A stretch of DNA of 64,000 bases, taken from NCBI GenBank assembly GCA_034530875.2, contig JAVRCJ020000009.1:96001-160000 (forward strand), read 5' to 3'. The stretch comes from Nostoc sp. DedSLP01. Lineage in GTDB: Bacteria > Cyanobacteriota > Cyanobacteriia > Cyanobacteriales > Nostocaceae. The translations under genes and the position numbers were made by a program. Below are positions 59,173-64,000 of the stretch, piece after piece. Position 1 is the first letter of the stretch; every line of letters begins with the position of its first letter. The notes below the pieces were generated by a model. The model did not search any database and was not told the DNA's origin. It saw only the letters and a list, made by a program, of their open reading frames with translations.

Positions 59173-61251
59173 TTAAGCGTTCCCTTTGCTTTTTGCGATG
59201 ATAGTTTCAGCTACGCTGCGGGGCACCTCTTCGTAGTGGCTGAACTCCATCGTGAAGATACCACGACCTTGGGTCTTCGACCGGATATCGGTAGCGTAAC
59301 CGAACATGGTCGCTAGTGGAACTTTGGATGCCACCTTAGAGAGTCCCTGTTCAGTGCTTTGGCTTTCAATCTGCCCCCGACGAGATATGAGGTCGCCAAT
59401 GACGTTCCCCATAAAATCTTCAGGAACTTCCACTTCAACTTTCATCATAGGCTCTAACAGTACTGGTGAAGCTTTATGCACAGCTTCTTTCATTGCCATT
59501 GAGCCAGCAATTTTGAAAGCCATTTCTGAAGAGTCTACATCGTGGTATGACCCATCAACCAGTGTGGCTTTGACATCAATCAACGGATATCCAGCCAAGA
59601 ACCCGCTTTCACAGCTTTCTTTCATTCCTTGTTCTGCGGGGCCAATGTACTCTTTAGGTACGACACCACCAACAATTTTGGAGACGAATTCAAAGCCGCT
59701 GCCTGGTTCTCCCGGTTCTAAATCGATCACAACGTGACCGTATTGACCTTTACCACCGCTTTGGCGGATGAATTTACCTTCAACTCTGGTTACATGCTTG
59801 CGAATTGTTTCGCGGTAAGCTACTTGCGGCGCACCGACATTTGCTTCCACTTTGAATTCGCGTAACATCCGGTCTACCAGAATTTCTAGATGTAATTCTC
59901 CCATCCCGGCAATTACGGTTTGGTTGGTTTCTGGATCGACGCTGACGCGGAAGGTTGGGTCTTCTTCTGAGAGAGATTGCAGAGCCTTGGACAGTTTGTC
60001 CATATCGTTCTTGGTTTTGGGTTCAACCGCTACCGAGATTACAGGCTCAGGAATGAATAGAGATTCCAGAATTACTGGCGAACTATCATCACAGAGCGTG
60101 TCACCTGTCAAGGTGTCTTTTAATCCCAAGGCTGCTCCGAGATCGCCCGCACGCAATTCCTCCACATCTTGCCGTTCATCTGCCTTCATCAGAACTAAGC
60201 GAGAAATCCGTTCTTTTTTATTCTTAGTAGCGTTGAGAACGTAGCTACCTTTTTTCAGCACACCAGAATAAACACGAACGAAGGTGAGGCGGCCGTAAGG
60301 GTCAGCCATAATCTTGAATGCCAGAGCAGATAGAGGCTCATTGTCATCAGCTCTGCGTTCAACAGCATCACCATTTGGCAGTATGCCTTGAATTGGTGGA
60401 ACTTCACTTGGTGCAGGTAGGTAATCTACAACTGCATCAAGCATTAACTGTACGCCTTTATTTTTAAATGCCGAGCCACAAAGGACAGGCACAATTGTAC
60501 CCGCAATTGTACCAGTACGTAGAGCATTACGAATTTCTTCTTCTGTAAGTTCTTCGCCCTCGAAGTACTTAGTCATCAGATCGTCGTTAGTTTCTGCTAC
60601 TGCTTCGATAAGCTTTGTACGGTATTCTTCTACCTGCTCTTGCAAGTCGGCGGGGATATCCGTTTCTTGGATATCAGTTCCTTGGTCGTTGTTATAGATG
60701 TAGGCACGCAACCGCACCAGGTCAATAATACCTTTGAAGTCGTTTTCGCTACCAATTGGTAATTGAATGGCGATCGCATTTGCCCGCAAGCGATCGCGCA
60801 TTTGTTCGTGAACTTTATAAAAGTTCGCTCCTGTGCGATCCATCTTGTTAATAAAGGCGATCCGAGGCACTTTGTAGCGGTCTGCTTGTCGCCAAACTGT
60901 TTCCGACTGTGGTTGTACGCCACCCACAGAACAAAATACCGCGATGACACCATCCAACACGCGCATGGAACGCTCAACTTCAATTGTGAAGTCTACGTGA
61001 CCCGGAGTATCGATAATGTTAATTTGATGATCTTTCCAGCTGGTACTAATAGCAGCAGCAGTGATGGTGATTCCCCTCTCCCGCTCCTGATCCATCCAGT
61101 CTGTGACGGCAGTTCCTTCATGAACTTCGCCAATCTTATGAATTATCCCAGAGTAAAACAATATTCTCTCTGTTGTTGTTGTTTTGCCCGCATCTATATG
61201 CGCCGCAATACCGATGTTGCGTACTTTCTCTAGCGGGATCGTGCGTGCCAC
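59173..61251 (-). CDS. fusA: Elongation factor G
   Basis: [23 protein letters not shown]. Confidence 0.99.
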   Translation of the reverse strand: MARTIPLEKVRNIGIAAHIDAGKTTTTERILFYSGIIHKIGEVHEGTAVTDWMDQERERGITITAAAISTSWKDHQINIIDTPGHVDFTIEVERSMRVLDGVIAVFCSVGGVQPQSETVWRQADRYKVPRIAFINKMDRTGANFYKVHEQMRDRLRANAIAIQLPIGSENDFKGIIDLVRLRAYIYNNDQGTDIQETDIPADLQEQVEEYRTKLIEAVAETNDDLMTKYFEGEELTEEEIRNALRTGTIAGTIVPVLCGSAFKNKGVQLMLDAVVDYLPAPSEVPPIQGILPNGDAVERRADDNEPLSALAFKIMADPYGRLTFVRVYSGVLKKGSYVLNATKNKKERISRLVLMKADERQDVEELRAGDLGAALGLKDTLTGDTLCDDSSPVILESLFIPEPVISVAVEPKTKNDMDKLSKALQSLSEEDPTFRVSVDPETNQTVIAGMGELHLEILVDRMLREFKVEANVGAPQVAYRETIRKHVTRVEGKFIRQSGGKGQYGHVVIDLEPGEPGSGFEFVSKIVGGVVPKEYIGPAEQGMKESCESGFLAGYPLIDVKATLVDGSYHDVDSSEMAFKIAGSMAMKEAVHKASPVLLEPMMKVEVEVPEDFMGNVIGDLISRRGQIESQSTEQGLSKVASKVPLATMFGYATDIRSKTQGRGIFTMEFSHYEEVPRSVAETIIAKSKGNA

Positions 61252-61387
61252 AATTACCTCCTATAGTTTTGGCCTCATGATATCTTGTATATTACTCTTT
61301 GTTAAGATTCTATACTTTTACGGAAAACCGTCTTTTTTGTAAATCCACGATATACCGCTTGGATTGGGCGATATATCGCTTTTTTGC

Positions 61388-61858
61388 TTAGTAACGATAA
61401 TGTGCAAATGCTTTATTGGCTTCTGCCATCCGGTGGGTTTCTTCACGTTTGCGGATGGCATTTCCAGTTTCATTGGCAGCATCCATTAACTCATTTGCTA
61501 GTTTGCTGGCCATTGTGCGCCCTGGTCTAGAACGAGAAAATTGCACCAGCCAACGCAGTGCTAGGGTAGTACCCCGTTCTGAACGCACTTCCATTGGTAC
61601 TTGGTAAGTTGCTCCGCCGACTCGTCGAGCCTTGACTTCTACTAAAGGCGTAGCGTTGCGCACTGCTCTTTCAAAAGTTTCTAAGGCATTATTGCCAGTG
61701 CGTTCCTCAATGGTCTTTAATGCATCATAAACAATTCTAGCGGCAAGGGATTTCTTACCATGACGCATGATCCGCCTGATGATCATGCTTACAAGACGAC
61801 TGTTATATACGGAGTCAGACGGAACTGGGCGCCTTTGAATAACACCACGACGAGACAT
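61388..61858 (-). CDS. rpsG: 30S ribosomal protein S7
   Basis: [11 protein letters not shown]...[12 protein letters not shown]. Confidence 0.99.
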   Translation of the reverse strand: MSRRGVIQRRPVPSDSVYNSRLVSMIIRRIMRHGKKSLAARIVYDALKTIEERTGNNALETFERAVRNATPLVEVKARRVGGATYQVPMEVRSERGTTLALRWLVQFSRSRPGRTMASKLANELMDAANETGNAIRKREETHRMAEANKAFAHYRY

Positions 61859-62392
61859 ACTTCACCTTTAATTCGGATTTGGCAACGAATTTATATGCTA
61901 TCAGACACCGGAAACTAAAAGCGGTAGAACCCAACCCTCAGACTTCCTCTATTTTTTCGAGCGTTGCAGCTGCCAATTTTAGATTTTAAATTTTGGATTT
62001 TGGATTAAAATTTTTCGTTAATATGCTCTTAACCTTGTGGTTGGAACAAATGAAAAATCAAGAGTCTGTAAGTTCATTCTCTCGAAGATTCGATAAATCT
62101 AAAATCGCAAATCTAAAATCTCAAATTGTTTGACTTGCTAAGAGCAACTAAATACTCAAGGCGACAAGATTCTAAACCTTAATATCTAGATGAGAAATCT
62201 GTTGTTGTTACAGCATTCCCTTCAGAAATTCTACACTTGCTCGCTGAGTGTAGGTGTAGCTTGCTTGATTGTTTCAAACAAATACAACAGTCTTCATGAC
62301 TGCTGTTAGAACACAGGCGGCGATCGCTTTTTGTCTTTCAGCTTTTTTGGGACAGACGATTAATCGTATTTTGTGCGATTAATCGCCTAATC

Positions 62393-62776
62393 CTATTTTT
62401 TCGCTTCTTTTGGACGCTTGGTTCCATACTTGGAACGTCCTTGCTTGCGGTCTTTGACTCCGGCTGTATCTAAGGTGCCACGAATGATGTGGTATCTCAC
62501 GCCTGGTAAGTCTTTAACCCGACCGCCACGAATCATAACAACTGAGTGTTCTTGTAAGTTGTGACCAATCCCTGGAATGTAAGCTGTAACTTCAAACCCA
62601 GAGGTGAGTCTTACCCTTGCTACTTTGCGTAGAGCTGAGTTAGGCTTTTTTGGTGTGGTCGTGTATACTCTGGTACAAACTCCCCGACGCTGGGGGCATT
62701 GTTTCAGAGCCGGAGACTTGGTTTTCTGACGCGCTTGTTCGCGTTCGTTACGTATTAGCTGCTGTATTGTTGGCAT
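62393..62776 (-). CDS. rpsL: 30S ribosomal protein S12
   Basis: MPTIQQL...[10 protein letters not shown]...GGRVKDLPG. Confidence 0.99.
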   Translation of the reverse strand: MPTIQQLIRNEREQARQKTKSPALKQCPQRRGVCTRVYTTTPKKPNSALRKVARVRLTSGFEVTAYIPGIGHNLQEHSVVMIRGGRVKDLPGVRYHIIRGTLDTAGVKDRKQGRSKYGTKRPKEAKK

Positions 62777-62942
62777 GAGTTACAGCGCGTAAAGCTGCTT
62801 ATGGTCTAAGTTTTAACAAATCCTGATTATATCTTTTTTTAGCCGTTTATGTCAATTCTCATTTGTCAGTTGTCCTTTGTTCTTTGTCATTAGGCATTCG
62901 TCTTTTTTGTTCGACCAATGACTAATGACTAATGACAATTGA

Positions 62943-63269
62943 CTAATTACCAATGGAAAAGGAATTGCCACAGGTACAGCTAGCGATCGCTTGGGGGTTG
63001 TTGAACCGAAAACCACCACCCATTAAGTCTTCTGCATAATCTACTGTCAAACCGTTGAGTCGATCTAAACTTTCGGCGTCTACGATTACTTGCACTTCGT
63101 CGAAGTCAAAAACGCGATCGCCAGCTTTTATTGTCTTATCAAAAGACATATCATAAAACAACCCCGAACAGCCACCTGGTTTTACTGCCAAGCGAAATAA
63201 AACCTCTGGCTGCTGCTTGGACTTGATTCGCACGATTTCACTCGTAGCTGCTTGACTCAGATGAATCAT
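62943..63269 (-). CDS. HesB/IscA-family Fe-S cluster assembly accessory protein
   Basis: GGCSG and CTCGNSF. Confidence 0.92.
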   Translation of the reverse strand: MIHLSQAATSEIVRIKSKQQPEVLFRLAVKPGGCSGLFYDMSFDKTIKAGDRVFDFDEVQVIVDAESLDRLNGLTVDYAEDLMGGGFRFNNPQAIASCTCGNSFSIGN

Positions 63270-63411
63270 GAAATTCGTTTTTGCAATTGAATAACCTATC
63301 TTAATTCTACAGTTCGGTTGACCGTGCCAATTTGAGATTTGAGATTTTGCATTAAAAATAAAGCGATCGCTCTTAGCTCATATAACTACATTGTATACCA
63401 ATAAGATAATT

Positions 63412-63440
63412 GAGTCCCTACCTCAACTAGATAGGGACTC
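63412..63440. terminator. Hairpin downstream of the cupin gene
   Basis: GAGTCCCTA...TAGGGACTC. Confidence 0.5.
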
Positions 63441-63521
63441 TTAATGTGCTGTACTAAGGAAAGTTTACACAAATAATGTATTTAGTTTTTCGATGAGAGC
63501 TTTTATAGCGTTGTTTTAGTT

Positions 63522-63941
63522 TTAATCCTTGGTACGAGCATAATCATCTTGGTAACGAATAATATCGTCTTCACCCAAGTATTCGCCATTTTGCACCTCA
63601 ATTAACACCAAAGGAATCACGCCAGGATTCTCTAAACGATGAGCTGTGCACTGAGGTACATAGGTTGACTCATTATTGCTCAGTAATACTTCTTTCTCGC
63701 CACAAACTACCTTAGCTGTACCAGAGACGACAATCCAGTGTTCGCTGCGGTGATGATGCATTTGTAAACTGAGGCGATGTCCGGGCTTAACTTCAATACG
63801 CTTGATTTTGTATCCACGTCCTTCTTCCAATACTGTAAAAGCGCCCCAAGGACGTAACTCAGTTGCAGCAATGCTTTTGGAACTAATAGCTGAAGGAATG
63901 TGTAGAGTATCAGTCTGTGTAGCTTCTTGATATCGAGCCAT
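63522..63941 (-). CDS. Cupin, mannose-6-phosphate isomerase type II C-terminal domain
   Basis: RPWG...SLQMHHHRSEHW...HRLENPG...YLGEDDI; GAGGT RBS before the ATG at 63941. Confidence 0.9.
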   Translation of the reverse strand: MARYQEATQTDTLHIPSAISSKSIAATELRPWGAFTVLEEGRGYKIKRIEVKPGHRLSLQMHHHRSEHWIVVSGTAKVVCGEKEVLLSNNESTYVPQCTAHRLENPGVIPLVLIEVQNGEYLGEDDIIRYQDDYARTKD

Positions 63942-64000
63942 AGTTACCTCATTTGGAGACATAACAAACCGTCATTACTTTTAAAATATTGATGAAAATT

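Noticed and set aside
57807..61607. Multiple long antisense ORFs over tuf, fusA and rpsG
   Set aside because: Expected shadow ORFs from codon bias in highly expressed genes.

Overview
Chromosomal window from a heterocyst-forming cyanobacterium (Nostocales type). Support for this: very frequent HIP1 octamers (GCGATCGC), heptamer STRR tracts, and nrrA with a canonical NtcA promoter. Core content is the 3' part of pstB; a HetZ-related / ATPase-less PilB-like / Crp trio; a dispersed carboxysome satellite region (ccmK3-ccmK4, a ParA/coiled-coil pair with McdA/McdB signatures, a ccmS-like gene); P450, ABC/ABC-F proteins, HhoA, PBP4, LOG, rfbB, nrrA, two radical SAM enzymes, clpS, dapL, rne-rnhB, pheA; and rpsL-rpsG-fusA-tuf-rpsJ. 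Two accessory patches (about 12-18.4 kb and 41-43.5 kb) carry three PIN toxin-antitoxin pairs, an MGME1-like nuclease, a NACHT-less HEAT protein and an unknown coupled two-gene cassette that shares a 42-bp upstream repeat with the neighbouring TA pair. Many REP-, MITE- and SDR-like small repeats are present, including a 24-nt in-frame insertion into a HIP1 site. I saw no rRNA, tRNA, CRISPR array, integrase or transposase. All family calls come from motif recognition by eye, not database searches.
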